Shown piece after piece: positions 1 to 8,442 of a stretch of DNA of 64,000 nucleotides (the first letter of the stretch is position 1; every line of letters starts with the position of its first letter). The translations under genes were made by a program, and so were the position numbers. The notes beneath the pieces are model-generated. The model was given only the letters and a program-made list of their open reading frames with translations. It was not told the origin of the DNA and searched no databases. Source of the stretch: Acinetobacter phage Ab1-TPeters; the sequence record PP763253.1; one strand, written 5' to 3'.

Positions 1-1227
1 ATGTCTGAGTTATCCCATGTCGCAGCTCTAACTAACCCTGAAGTATTTCGTAGACTTCAGGGTACTTTAGATGATTTCCCTTGGGAGTCATCTTTAGCTA
101 AATCAGTTACTGAACAATTTAAATCAAATTTACCTGATATTGAAGTACCTGTTTTACGAAGCTTTCTCAGTAACAGTCTGATTGTAGAAGAAGTAAATGA
201 ATTTATTGAGCAAGTTAATGACTACCGTAGTTTGGAATCAGAAAGCTCAATTGAGTCAGTTACTAAATCTGTATTTGAGTATTACAGAAGTCGTTTATTT
301 GTTACTATTGTCACTAGTAATAAAGACTCTCTGGAAGATGCAATTGAGAAAGTTAAATCTATCCCAGATTCATCTCAAACAAAAGAATTAGTTCCTCTAA
401 ACTTAGGCCAACTAACACCATCTAAACTCTTCAAAGAAGAAATCGGTGGAGGTGAGGGTGTATTAAAGTCTCAGATGCGTTTAGTAAATGAGTCAACACC
501 ATTCAATGGCTACCTACCTGGATCTGTGGTAGGTGTTTGTATGGCTCCAGGTGTTGGTAAATCAGCTTACATGATGTATGAAGCAGTTCCGTGGGCGATG
601 CTGGGTAAGAAAATCCTTATGATTGTCTTGGGTGACTTGATGAAGTTTGACTTTATCACACGTTACACAGCTGTTGCTACTTCAACTGATTATTTTAAAG
701 TTGTAACTAACCCAGATCACTATTTTGATGGTGAAATTCGTGAGATCGCCAACAATTTTGATGTTTTAGTTGAACCAGCTCGTACTGTCTCAGTTGAAGA
801 TATTCTAAGGATTGTTTCTAAGAAACGTTATGACGTAGTTTGTGTTGACTATGATGCTAACTTGAAACAGCCTTTTGAGTCAAGCTATGAATCTGGTGGC
901 TATATCTATGACACACTTACTCAGATTGCTCGACCTAAAGATCAACCATATCGTTTAGTTATGGTGGCGTCTCAGGCTAAGAATATGTATTGGGAAGCTG
1001 AACGTATTCCTGAAGATGGTCTGGCAGATTCATCTAAGAAACAACATAACTTGGATATGTTGATTACTGGTGGTAAGGCTAACTCGAAGAGTCCTTGTGG
1101 TATATTTTCACTTGAGAAAGTTCGTCGTGGTAAACTAGGATCAGTTCCTTACTTGCGTACAGAATGTGGTCACTTCCAAGAGTTGACTGCAGAACAGTAT
1201 GCTATGAGAAAGTCATATGGTAAGTAA
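1..1227 (+). CDS. DnaB-like replicative DNA helicase (RecA-fold P-loop ATPase)
   Basis: 408-aa ORF starting at window position 1. It has a Walker A 'MAPGVGKS' followed by a hydrophobic strand 'ILMIVLGDLM', as in DnaB/T7 gp4 helicase cores. It sits in the replication gene block. Confidence 0.55.
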   Translation: MSELSHVAALTNPEVFRRLQGTLDDFPWESSLAKSVTEQFKSNLPDIEVPVLRSFLSNSLIVEEVNEFIEQVNDYRSLESESSIESVTKSVFEYYRSRLFVTIVTSNKDSLEDAIEKVKSIPDSSQTKELVPLNLGQLTPSKLFKEEIGGGEGVLKSQMRLVNESTPFNGYLPGSVVGVCMAPGVGKSAYMMYEAVPWAMLGKKILMIVLGDLMKFDFITRYTAVATSTDYFKVVTNPDHYFDGEIREIANNFDVLVEPARTVSVEDILRIVSKKRYDVVCVDYDANLKQPFESSYESGGYIYDTLTQIARPKDQPYRLVMVASQAKNMYWEAERIPEDGLADSSKKQHNLDMLITGGKANSKSPCGIFSLEKVRRGKLGSVPYLRTECGHFQELTAEQYAMRKSYGK

Positions 1228-1702
1228 AAAGGTAGCAGAATTCAAGTATACGGCTCGTGTAAGTAAATTACACAGCCTTAACAATATGTATCAGATAGGT
1301 AGAAAAGGAAAGGCTGCTTGGACTTTCCTTAATCCCTCTATTCAAAAAGTGAAAGATGAGATTCACGCTCAACTTAGACTTCAAGGATCTAAAGGTAATT
1401 TTGAACCATTTCTTGATGGCAGCTTCTCAATGGAGATTGACTTTAAGTTTATCTTCAGACAGAATTTTTGGGTTCGTGACGTTGATAATATGGTTAAATA
1501 TACTTCTGATGCGTTTACAGAAGCATCTGGACTAGATGACCGCTACACTATTAAAATGAGTCAAGAGAAGGTATTCAATAATCAGAATGACAATGAATTC
1601 GTAATTATTGAAGCCAGAATATTTGACGATAAGTTTAATTCACATAAAAACATTACTGACCCTGAATTTCAACAGCTCTGGAGTGCAAATGAAAAATCAT
1701 GA
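1217..1702 (+). CDS. rusA: RusA-like Holliday junction resolvase
   Basis: 161 aa. 'SLNNMYQ' and 'RDVDNMVKYTSDAFTEASGLDDRYTI' match the RusA 'PPSNNRYY' and '[27 protein letters not shown]' motifs, including the catalytic Asp cluster. Confidence 0.55.
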   Translation: MVSKKVAEFKYTARVSKLHSLNNMYQIGRKGKAAWTFLNPSIQKVKDEIHAQLRLQGSKGNFEPFLDGSFSMEIDFKFIFRQNFWVRDVDNMVKYTSDAFTEASGLDDRYTIKMSQEKVFNNQNDNEFVIIEARIFDDKFNSHKNITDPEFQQLWSANEKS

Positions 1703-1931
1703 TGGAAATGAAGTGAAAGATAGCTTAGGTCCATCAGCAGTAGCTACTTCATTTATGTTGCTAGCCTCATTGCCAATTGGAGATAAGTTAGAGACTCGTT
1801 ATGGTGATATCACCAGAACTAGTCTAAATGATTTCAAAATTACGATAAAACGTGAAAATGAACTGTCTGAGAAATACGTTGAACGGACTAAGAAAAATCC
1901 TATTGAGGAAATGCTAAATGCAAACAACTGA
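1691..1931 (+). CDS. hypothetical small protein
   Basis: The ORF track gives 1608..1931. An internal ATG at about 1691 avoids most of the overlap with the RusA-like gene. No recognisable motif. Confidence 0.3.
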
Positions 1932-2946
1932 CATTAAAACGCTTATAAAGTGTTCTAGTGTCGAGTTAGTAGAAAAGATTAATATTGAATTAGCACAAGA
2001 AAGAAAAGATTTAGTAAATGTTTTTATGTTGTGCTTATTCTTTATTATCAGGTATTCTAAGACTAACACCAATCTAACTAAGGACATGCTTCCTGAGTTA
2101 GGTGTGTCATTGTTTGTTGATATCTTTGGAAAACAGAAAGTAACCGTGAACCAACTTAATACATTTGTTCGCGGTGAGATCTGGGGAACTTTTGAATCAG
2201 CAATCTTGCAAAGGATTGATCTAGATAAGCCTTATGCTTGGAATATGGATTCGGATAATTATAGTGACGAAACTGAGACTGAGCGATTGGCTTTACTTGA
2301 GCTAGCTAGATCTAAGATGATTGATCTAGTACCAGAAAGGTTAATTCCTATTGTAAGATATTACATCGACACTGGTATACTCTCAATATCTCTACTAAGC
2401 GACACGGATAAGTTCTTAGTCCTGTTCTTCCTCAATAAACTAGGTGCAAGAATGGAAACTAATACTGAACTACTAAGTGAGCTTATTCCTAAAGACACTA
2501 GAGGTAAAGCTCTATTCTTATCTTCATTGTGCTCAAATAGAGAAGATTTATTTATTCTTTTGAATTTATTCGGAGATTTAAATAAATTGTTTATCCTATC
2601 TGAAGTCTTTGGAGGTCAGGAAATCAAAATACCAACTAGAGAAGAACTTACTTCTTTAGTAGAAGACTTAGCTAAATCTAGCTCTAAGTTTCAATCAGGT
2701 GAGGATGTATCTCAACAATTCTTATCAGCTTTTGTTAATTTAGATCCTAAGTCAGTAGCAGTAAATGTTACTCTTATTGACTATCTCAGAGAAACTCTAG
2801 ATATTGAGAACTCCCTATATATTAGAAATCTTAATAGAATAGCTAGTTCCCCAGATTCAAAACTTATTCTAAAAACCTTAACTGGTGAAATGAATAGCAC
2901 TGCTGGTGTCTTGTCTCGGATAGCGAAAGTTACGACTGACAAATGA
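1918..2946 (+). CDS. hypothetical protein
   Basis: 342-aa ORF, co-directional and tightly packed with its neighbours. No recognisable catalytic motif. Confidence 0.5.
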   Translation: MQTTDIKTLIKCSSVELVEKINIELAQERKDLVNVFMLCLFFIIRYSKTNTNLTKDMLPELGVSLFVDIFGKQKVTVNQLNTFVRGEIWGTFESAILQRIDLDKPYAWNMDSDNYSDETETERLALLELARSKMIDLVPERLIPIVRYYIDTGILSISLLSDTDKFLVLFFLNKLGARMETNTELLSELIPKDTRGKALFLSSLCSNREDLFILLNLFGDLNKLFILSEVFGGQEIKIPTREELTSLVEDLAKSSSKFQSGEDVSQQFLSAFVNLDPKSVAVNVTLIDYLRETLDIENSLYIRNLNRIASSPDSKLILKTLTGEMNSTAGVLSRIAKVTTDK

Positions 2947-2950
2947 GACC

Positions 2951-2967
2951 AACAGCTGTTTAAAGTG
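2951..2967 (+). promoter_or_regulatory. motif-2 palindromic element AACAGCTGTTTAAAGTG
   Basis: 55 nt upstream of the SSB-like gene. Confidence 0.45.
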
Positions 2968-3021
2968 CGGATGAACCGTAAACGTAACATTATCTCTTAT
3001 ATATTTAGTTTGGATTAAACC

Positions 3022-4014
3022 ATGAATTTAGATAAATTGAAAGCAATCACAAATAAACTAAGTGAAGAGCAACAGAAAAGTGGCGGTGACAATAACAATG
3101 GTGAATGGCCTGTAGTCTGTTTTCCACCTGAAGGTGTCACACGTGGTCGTTTTATTGTAGACCCAACTGGTGAGCTTTACGAAAAGTACTACAACTATGG
3201 CTACTTCAATAAAGGTATCCGTGATCCTGAGACTCTTGATCCTAAAGAGCTACCTGAACACTTCCACAATCGTCTCGGTGAACTGGCTAAGACATTGTCT
3301 AAAGATCATATGAAGTTCTCACGTGGTCGTAAGACTTCATTCTTAGTTTACTTCTATGTTACTTCAACTGACATTAAAGACGAGAAATTCAAACCGAATA
3401 CACTTGTTTGTCTAGTTGGTGACGGTCGTTTCGCTAATGCATTCAATGATGTTCTTCAATCATTAATGAAAGATGCTGCTGATAAATTGTTGAACTCTCT
3501 ATCTCCAGATAAGAAAGGTCCAATTATGGAAATCAACATTGTCCGTGGTACTCAGGGCAAGTGTGTTATTAGCCCTACTTTCTCTGAACTTGATCCTTTG
3601 GTTACTTTAACTGAAGAAGAACAAGCTCTTCCTGATGATCAACGTCAGAAATTAATTGCTGAAAAATTAGCTCCTCGTGGATATAAACCACTATCGATCT
3701 CTTATATTAAGCCTGGCTTCCAACAAGATAAGTATGATCGATTGGTTACTGAATATCAAGCTGAGCTAGATGAAATCATCGCTAAGAAGAAAGCTAAGGC
3801 TGGTGAAAATCCAGATCCTCAACCTGAATCTCAAGGTCAAGATCAAGCTGAACCTGCTCAAGAACAGAAAGCTGAAGAGCCTAAAGTTAGTGAAGCAGTT
3901 CCTGCAGAGTCAACTCCAGCTGTGAGTGAAACTCCTGCGGAATCAGTTTCTGAACCTAAGGTTTCAGAGCCAACTGCTACAGAAAATCCATTCGCTAAAT
4001 ACAAACGTAACTAA
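3022..4014 (+). CDS. putative ssDNA-binding protein (gp32-like)
   Basis: 330 aa with an aromatic-rich core and a long acidic, Pro/Glu-rich C-terminal tail ('PDPQPESQGQDQAEPAQEQKAEEPK'), as in phage SSBs. It follows a motif-2 promoter-like element and precedes an RNase H/FEN gene and a terminator. Confidence 0.45.
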   Translation: MNLDKLKAITNKLSEEQQKSGGDNNNGEWPVVCFPPEGVTRGRFIVDPTGELYEKYYNYGYFNKGIRDPETLDPKELPEHFHNRLGELAKTLSKDHMKFSRGRKTSFLVYFYVTSTDIKDEKFKPNTLVCLVGDGRFANAFNDVLQSLMKDAADKLLNSLSPDKKGPIMEINIVRGTQGKCVISPTFSELDPLVTLTEEEQALPDDQRQKLIAEKLAPRGYKPLSISYIKPGFQQDKYDRLVTEYQAELDEIIAKKKAKAGENPDPQPESQGQDQAEPAQEQKAEEPKVSEAVPAESTPAVSETPAESVSEPKVSEPTATENPFAKYKRN

Positions 4015-4018
4015 TAAG

Positions 4019-4047
4019 ATGAGGGGCTATATGCCCCTTTTCTTTTG
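4019..4047 (+). terminator. rho-independent terminator (GAGGGGC-TATAT-GCCCCTC + TTTTCTTTT)
   Basis: Perfect GC stem plus a T-run after the SSB-like gene. Confidence 0.7.
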
Positions 4048-4058
4048 GACTTGAATAA

Positions 4059-4892
4059 ATGAACATTATTGATGGAAACTGGTTAGTTCTTAGAAACTTC
4101 CATAAATGCGGTAGACCTCAGGATGAATCTGAACTCTTTAACAGTGTCTTAGGTTCGTTATTGAAGTACATTAAAGAATACGGTTATGAAAATAAATTAG
4201 TTGTAGCTTGGGATAATGGCAAGTATCGTTACCGATCAGAAACAAACGGTATTGCGTATAAAGGTGACCGAAGCTATGATGAATCTTTCCAGTGTGCTTG
4301 GAACACGATGGTCAGGCTTAGAGAATCACTACCTAGCTTAGGCATCCCTTGTCTTCATTTCCCAGGAGTTGAAGCAGATGATATTGGTTACTTCTTTGCA
4401 CATCATCCTAAATTTAAACGTGTAAGTAAAAAGCTGATTTGTAGTGATCTTGATTGGTTAATAAGCGTTACTGAAGACACTTTAGTTTATCGACCACTAC
4501 CGCAAGGTCTTGAAATCTACTCTGATTCAGTGCTGGAGGAGCAGTATCAATTAGAACATTATTCTGATTTCTTACTTTATAAAGCGATTAATGGTGATGC
4601 GTCAGACTCAATCCCAGGTCTTACTGGATCACATAGCAAAATTAAAACTTATTTAGAGGCTTATAAGCTGTCTAAAATAGAAGATGAAGAGATTCTTAAG
4701 AAAATTGAGAATAATATTCACTTAATGAGGCTGGATAGAATTGTTGATGATGAAGAGGTATGTGAAGCCTTAATCGAACAATTCTACCGCAAACCAACTA
4801 AAATTCCATTATCATTCATTTTACCTCCTAATTATCCAGTTTACTTTAATGGAATGATTAAGAAATATATGAAGTGTCAAGGATTAGCGTAA
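4059..4892 (+). CDS. 5'-3' exonuclease / flap endonuclease (T4 RNase H-like, FEN family)
   Basis: The N-terminal 'IDGNWLVLRNFH' is PIN-like. 'INGDASDSIPGLTG' matches the H3TH motif GDxSDNIPGVxGIG of Pol I-type 5' nucleases. Confidence 0.7.
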   Translation: MNIIDGNWLVLRNFHKCGRPQDESELFNSVLGSLLKYIKEYGYENKLVVAWDNGKYRYRSETNGIAYKGDRSYDESFQCAWNTMVRLRESLPSLGIPCLHFPGVEADDIGYFFAHHPKFKRVSKKLICSDLDWLISVTEDTLVYRPLPQGLEIYSDSVLEEQYQLEHYSDFLLYKAINGDASDSIPGLTGSHSKIKTYLEAYKLSKIEDEEILKKIENNIHLMRLDRIVDDEEVCEALIEQFYRKPTKIPLSFILPPNYPVYFNGMIKKYMKCQGLA

Positions 4893-7699
4893 TGTCTAAA
4901 ATCGTAAATTATACTCGTTTCTTAAATACAGCTGATATCCATATTCATGAATTTGTTCGTAATAACAAAGATAACTTCCGACTTGAGCAGTTCATTGGAC
5001 TAGCTCATCGGATGGTTGAAATCGGGAAGCAAACTGACACGAAAGCTCTGCTTATTGACGGTGACTTTGTTGAGTACGCAGTTCACAACCCTTTAGTAGC
5101 GCACTACACTTCCCAGTTTTTGCAGATTATTTGTGATGGTTTTGAATACGTAGGTTACGTTCTAGGTAACCACGACATTAATAGTAAGCAAGACAATGAA
5201 CACTTTGAGAACTCCGTAATTCCTTTACTGTTTCCAGAAGGAAAAGGTGAGTATTTGCATGAAAAAGTCTTCACTCTAAAGAATGGTAAGACTATAGCAT
5301 TTAGTAACTGGGTGCCTGAACAGAAGTGGGAATTCTTTGAAGGTCAAGTTGATGTAATGATCGGTCACATGTGCATTAGTAATCAGTTTGGTCAGGAATA
5401 TGACCCAACTCGATATAAGCTAGGCATCTTCGGTGATATTCACCATGCTCTTGAGTATGATAACGGACGAACTTGGACAGTAAACGTTCCTATTCCAAAT
5501 AAGTTAGGTGACGAGCAGAACGGTTCAGTGTTACTTCTTGACACTGACAAAATGTCTTGTGAGCGTATTCTTACTGAGTCTGAAAACTTCAAATATATGA
5601 AGATGTTCTATGAAGACTCAGTTCCTGAAGAAGATAAAGATAATCCTTACCTGTTCACTGTCAAACGTGCTTCTAAAGAAGTTGAAGGTGCTAAAATGCA
5701 CTTCAATGTTAAAGCTGAGTTGAACTTAGAATCAGTTATTGAGAATGTAGTTTTAGCTGGCGGATTTACTAAAATTCACCAGGAAGTTAAGACTAATTTC
5801 TTAAATGAAGCTGACTGCACACCTCTTGACTTCCAGTTTAACTTGAAGAAGATAGCTGTAGAGAACTTTCGTTCAATTGGATCATTTGAATATGAATTCC
5901 AAGATGGCTTACTCTGGATAAATGGTGAAATCGGTAGTGGTAAATCATCTCTTCTGAAAGCATTAAATTATGTTCTTACTAATAATGAAGAACCACGTGA
6001 TTGTTTGAAAGAAGGTGAGAAATCACTTCGAGTTGACCTTGAACTGGAATATCAAGGTCGTTTACATCGAATTGAGCGTAAATGGAGTGGAGGTCAATCT
6101 CTTAATTACTGGATTGACGGAGTTCCTGTTCATGGATCTAGTATTAAAGATCGATCACACATGCTTAACCAGAATCTTCCTTGGATTTCTCGATTCAACC
6201 TACTTTACCGTAGTCAAATGAGCCCTGGGCTTTTGTCTCAGTTTAGCTTCAATGACCGTATCAATCTTATCTCAGATATTCTGGGATTAAACACTATCAG
6301 TGCTTATTTAGATGCAGCTAAACGTTACATGGACGATAAATTCCGTGAATTAAAAGTTCATCAGAATGAGATTGAAATCCATGAACGAGTTTTACAAAGT
6401 CATGAAAATTTTGATGCTGAGAAGCTAGCTGAGTTACAGCAGATCGATTTTGAAGCTGCTAAGTCTGATCTTCAATCACAAAAATCTGAATTAAAGTCAA
6501 AGCTTCAAGCTATTCAGAATAAGAAATATCTAGTTCGTGAGGTTCAAACAGTAGAATCATCTATTGGTGAAGCTCCAACTTGTGAGATTTCTGAATCTGA
6601 GTTTAAGGAAGCTGAGCAAAGAATTCAAGAAGGTGAGGAAGTAAAAAGCCTTATCTCAATGGATATTGAAGCTATTAAGACAGAGATTTCAACTGCTAAA
6701 TCTGATCTATCTAACGCTGACAAACAGATTGCTGTGGTGAAATCTGGGTTAAGTTCACTAAAAGACAATTGTCCTACTTGTGGACATGATCTAGATATTG
6801 AAAGTAACAATAAGATCCGTCAGAACAGTGAGGCTCAAATTAATGAGCTAGCTGAAGCTAAATCTCACATCCAGAGCTTTATTTCTGAGAAAGAAGCTGA
6901 ACTGAATAAGACCAATAAAGACTACGAAGAAGCAGTAGCTTTATCTGAGACGTTTAGACAGAAGTTTTTCAAATATCGTGATTTCACGAAACAGGTTGAA
7001 ATTCACAATAAGCAAGTTGAAAAGTTAAATCAGCTAAAATCAAATCTTGACGCTGATTTAACTGACTTGAGTGAAGAAAGCAATCTTGAAAGTTCTCTAG
7101 CTGAAGTGGATTCTAATCTAAATATGCTAAGCAGAATGGAAGGTGAATACGACCAGCTCCGGAAGGTAGAGAATGCGATTAAGGAGAGTAAAGAGAAAAT
7201 CGAATCAAGCAAGAAGATTATTTCTGAACTTGAGATCGAGGCTAATCTATCTAGAAAGTACTACTCAATCTTCACTAATACTGGAGAAGTCACCTCTCTT
7301 ATCTTCAAGTCAGTCGCAGAGATTATGAGTGATGATCAACTTCAAGTGACAACTGTTCGTCAGTTAGCTTCAGGTGAAACTCGAATTGACTTTGATGTTG
7401 AGTTCAAGGTAGATAATATCTGGATGAAGTATAATAAGTTATCAGGTGGCCAGATGGGTCTAGCTGATTTGTTCTTCTTGAGTAAACTACTTAAGATGAG
7501 TAATGGCGCTGGGTTATTAATTCTGGATGAATCATTGGCTCATATTTCGGCAACTATGTTAGATGTAGCTATTGAAGAAATTCAAACTGTTCCAGCTAAC
7601 TTAGTTATATTCGTAACTCACGTTGCTTCATTCCCTCATTATAATTTCAAGATTGATGCCTATCGTGAAGCTAACACTACTCGTTACGTGGTAAACTAA
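4892..7699 (+). CDS. fused SbcD-SbcC (Mre11-Rad50-like) nuclease-ATPase
   Basis: The N-terminus carries all five calcineurin-type phosphoesterase motifs (DIH, GD, GNHD, GH, GDIHH). It is followed by a Rad50 Walker A 'GEIGSGKSSL', a long coiled coil with a CxxC zinc hook 'CPTCGH', the ABC signature 'LSGGQMGLADL' and a Walker B 'LLILDE'. Start moved to the ATG at 4892, which overlaps the upstream stop as taATG. Confidence 0.75.
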   Translation: MSKIVNYTRFLNTADIHIHEFVRNNKDNFRLEQFIGLAHRMVEIGKQTDTKALLIDGDFVEYAVHNPLVAHYTSQFLQIICDGFEYVGYVLGNHDINSKQDNEHFENSVIPLLFPEGKGEYLHEKVFTLKNGKTIAFSNWVPEQKWEFFEGQVDVMIGHMCISNQFGQEYDPTRYKLGIFGDIHHALEYDNGRTWTVNVPIPNKLGDEQNGSVLLLDTDKMSCERILTESENFKYMKMFYEDSVPEEDKDNPYLFTVKRASKEVEGAKMHFNVKAELNLESVIENVVLAGGFTKIHQEVKTNFLNEADCTPLDFQFNLKKIAVENFRSIGSFEYEFQDGLLWINGEIGSGKSSLLKALNYVLTNNEEPRDCLKEGEKSLRVDLELEYQGRLHRIERKWSGGQSLNYWIDGVPVHGSSIKDRSHMLNQNLPWISRFNLLYRSQMSPGLLSQFSFNDRINLISDILGLNTISAYLDAAKRYMDDKFRELKVHQNEIEIHERVLQSHENFDAEKLAELQQIDFEAAKSDLQSQKSELKSKLQAIQNKKYLVREVQTVESSIGEAPTCEISESEFKEAEQRIQEGEEVKSLISMDIEAIKTEISTAKSDLSNADKQIAVVKSGLSSLKDNCPTCGHDLDIESNNKIRQNSEAQINELAEAKSHIQSFISEKEAELNKTNKDYEEAVALSETFRQKFFKYRDFTKQVEIHNKQVEKLNQLKSNLDADLTDLSEESNLESSLAEVDSNLNMLSRMEGEYDQLRKVENAIKESKEKIESSKKIISELEIEANLSRKYYSIFTNTGEVTSLIFKSVAEIMSDDQLQVTTVRQLASGETRIDFDVEFKVDNIWMKYNKLSGGQMGLADLFFLSKLLKMSNGAGLLILDESLAHISATMLDVAIEEIQTVPANLVIFVTHVASFPHYNFKIDAYREANTTRYVVN

Positions 7700-7782
7700 A
7701 TGAAAATAGCTAAAATTGTTGGTTGGATTTTATTTTACTGCTTTTGTTTTTACTTAGGTAGGCTAAGTAATGAATAACAAAT

Positions 7783-7808
7783 AGGGAGCTTCGGTTCCCT
7801 ATTTTTAT
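7783..7808 (+). terminator. rho-independent terminator (AGGGAGCTTCGGTTCCCT + ATTTTTAT)
   Basis: After the SbcCD fusion gene. Confidence 0.65.
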
Positions 7809-7840
7809 CGTACTTTAAACGAATAAAAACTCCGAGAAGC

Positions 7841-7875
7841 TGTCCCTTATCGATTCTTAAAACCTGTTAAGTTGT
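7841..7875 (+). promoter_or_regulatory. motif-1 variant (..TTCTTAA-AACCTGTTAAGTTGT + GC hairpin)
   Basis: Degenerate first half-site. Upstream of 7927. Approximate coordinates. Confidence 0.35.
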
Positions 7876-7926
7876 GGGCGGGTTGGTTCGCTCCGTTGTT
7901 CTGTTATTTTACTGTGAGATACAATT

Positions 7927-8358
7927 ATGTCTATGACTATGGTTAAATTCGATTTAGCAAATTTCTTCAAAAATGCTAACCAAGCTGATATCGAAATGGC
8001 TAACAAACTTCTGTCAGTTCCATCAAATGCAATTTACTTCGATTTCGGAATTGAAGATGAATCCGCTTTAGCTTGGGACGCTGATTACCGTTTCATTGTA
8101 GAACAGGGTCAAACATTGCTGATTGAAGAAGGCCAGACTGCTTGCAGTGGTAGTGGTCATTCTCGAGTAGCTACATACAATGCTAACAAGATTGTTAAAA
8201 TGGAATGTGATGATAAGAAGACAGTTCTTAAAGCGTTAGCTTGCAAAACCCCAGACAGCTTTGAGCTAGAGTTTATTGATGATGATATGGATGAGAAAGA
8301 TCTGGATGATCTTACAGAAGCTCTTATGGCTTTGACAGAGTTCGTTGAAGTAAGATAA
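7927..8358 (+). CDS. hypothetical acidic protein
   Basis: 143-aa ORF with an Asp/Glu-rich C-terminus. Preceded by a motif-1-like element and followed by a hairpin. Confidence 0.45.
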   Translation: MSMTMVKFDLANFFKNANQADIEMANKLLSVPSNAIYFDFGIEDESALAWDADYRFIVEQGQTLLIEEGQTACSGSGHSRVATYNANKIVKMECDDKKTVLKALACKTPDSFELEFIDDDMDEKDLDDLTEALMALTEFVEVR

Positions 8359-8380
8359 GCTGAAACTCCCAAATGGCTCT

Positions 8381-8397
8381 AACAGCTGTTTGGGAGA
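8381..8397 (+). promoter_or_regulatory. motif-2 variant AACAGCTGTTTGGGAG inside hairpin CTCCCAAA..TTTGGGAG
   Basis: Upstream of the topoisomerase large-subunit gene. Confidence 0.35.
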
Positions 8398-8442
8398 GAC
8401 CGCCTTATGTCGGTATAATACTAACTTTACATGGTGTAAATT

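Noticed and set aside
197-391. Short same-strand ORFs nested in other frames of larger genes (197..391, 6015..6221, 22952..23173, 30895..31125)
   Set aside because: Embedded in alternative frames of strongly supported genes (helicase, SbcCD, RNAP beta-prime, tailspike). No RBS-like element and no motif. Unlike the spanin case, nothing such as a lipobox supports them.
2781-2990. Minus-strand ORFs (2781..2990, 6625..6810, 7030..7212, 8157..8496, 11311..11574, 16819..17010, 17842..18048, 19001..19201, 21011..21307, 22229..22591, 24913..25125, 28203..28574, 30131..30391, 34128..34325, 35200..35391, 40032..40247, 40464..40730, 42672..42860, 45584..45799, 46639..46851, 51805..52002, 56090..56386, 61667..61867, 62701..63981)
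   Set aside because: All are 60-120 aa and lie antisense inside well-supported + strand genes or structured RNA. None has a recognisable motif, and the genome is otherwise strictly unidirectional. Treated as spurious antisense frames.
3022-4014. Assigning T4 gene 32 identity with confidence
   Set aside because: Only the general SSB architecture (aromatic core plus acidic tail) and the genomic context support it. I could not align the gp32 zinc-binding subdomain by eye, so it is kept as putative.
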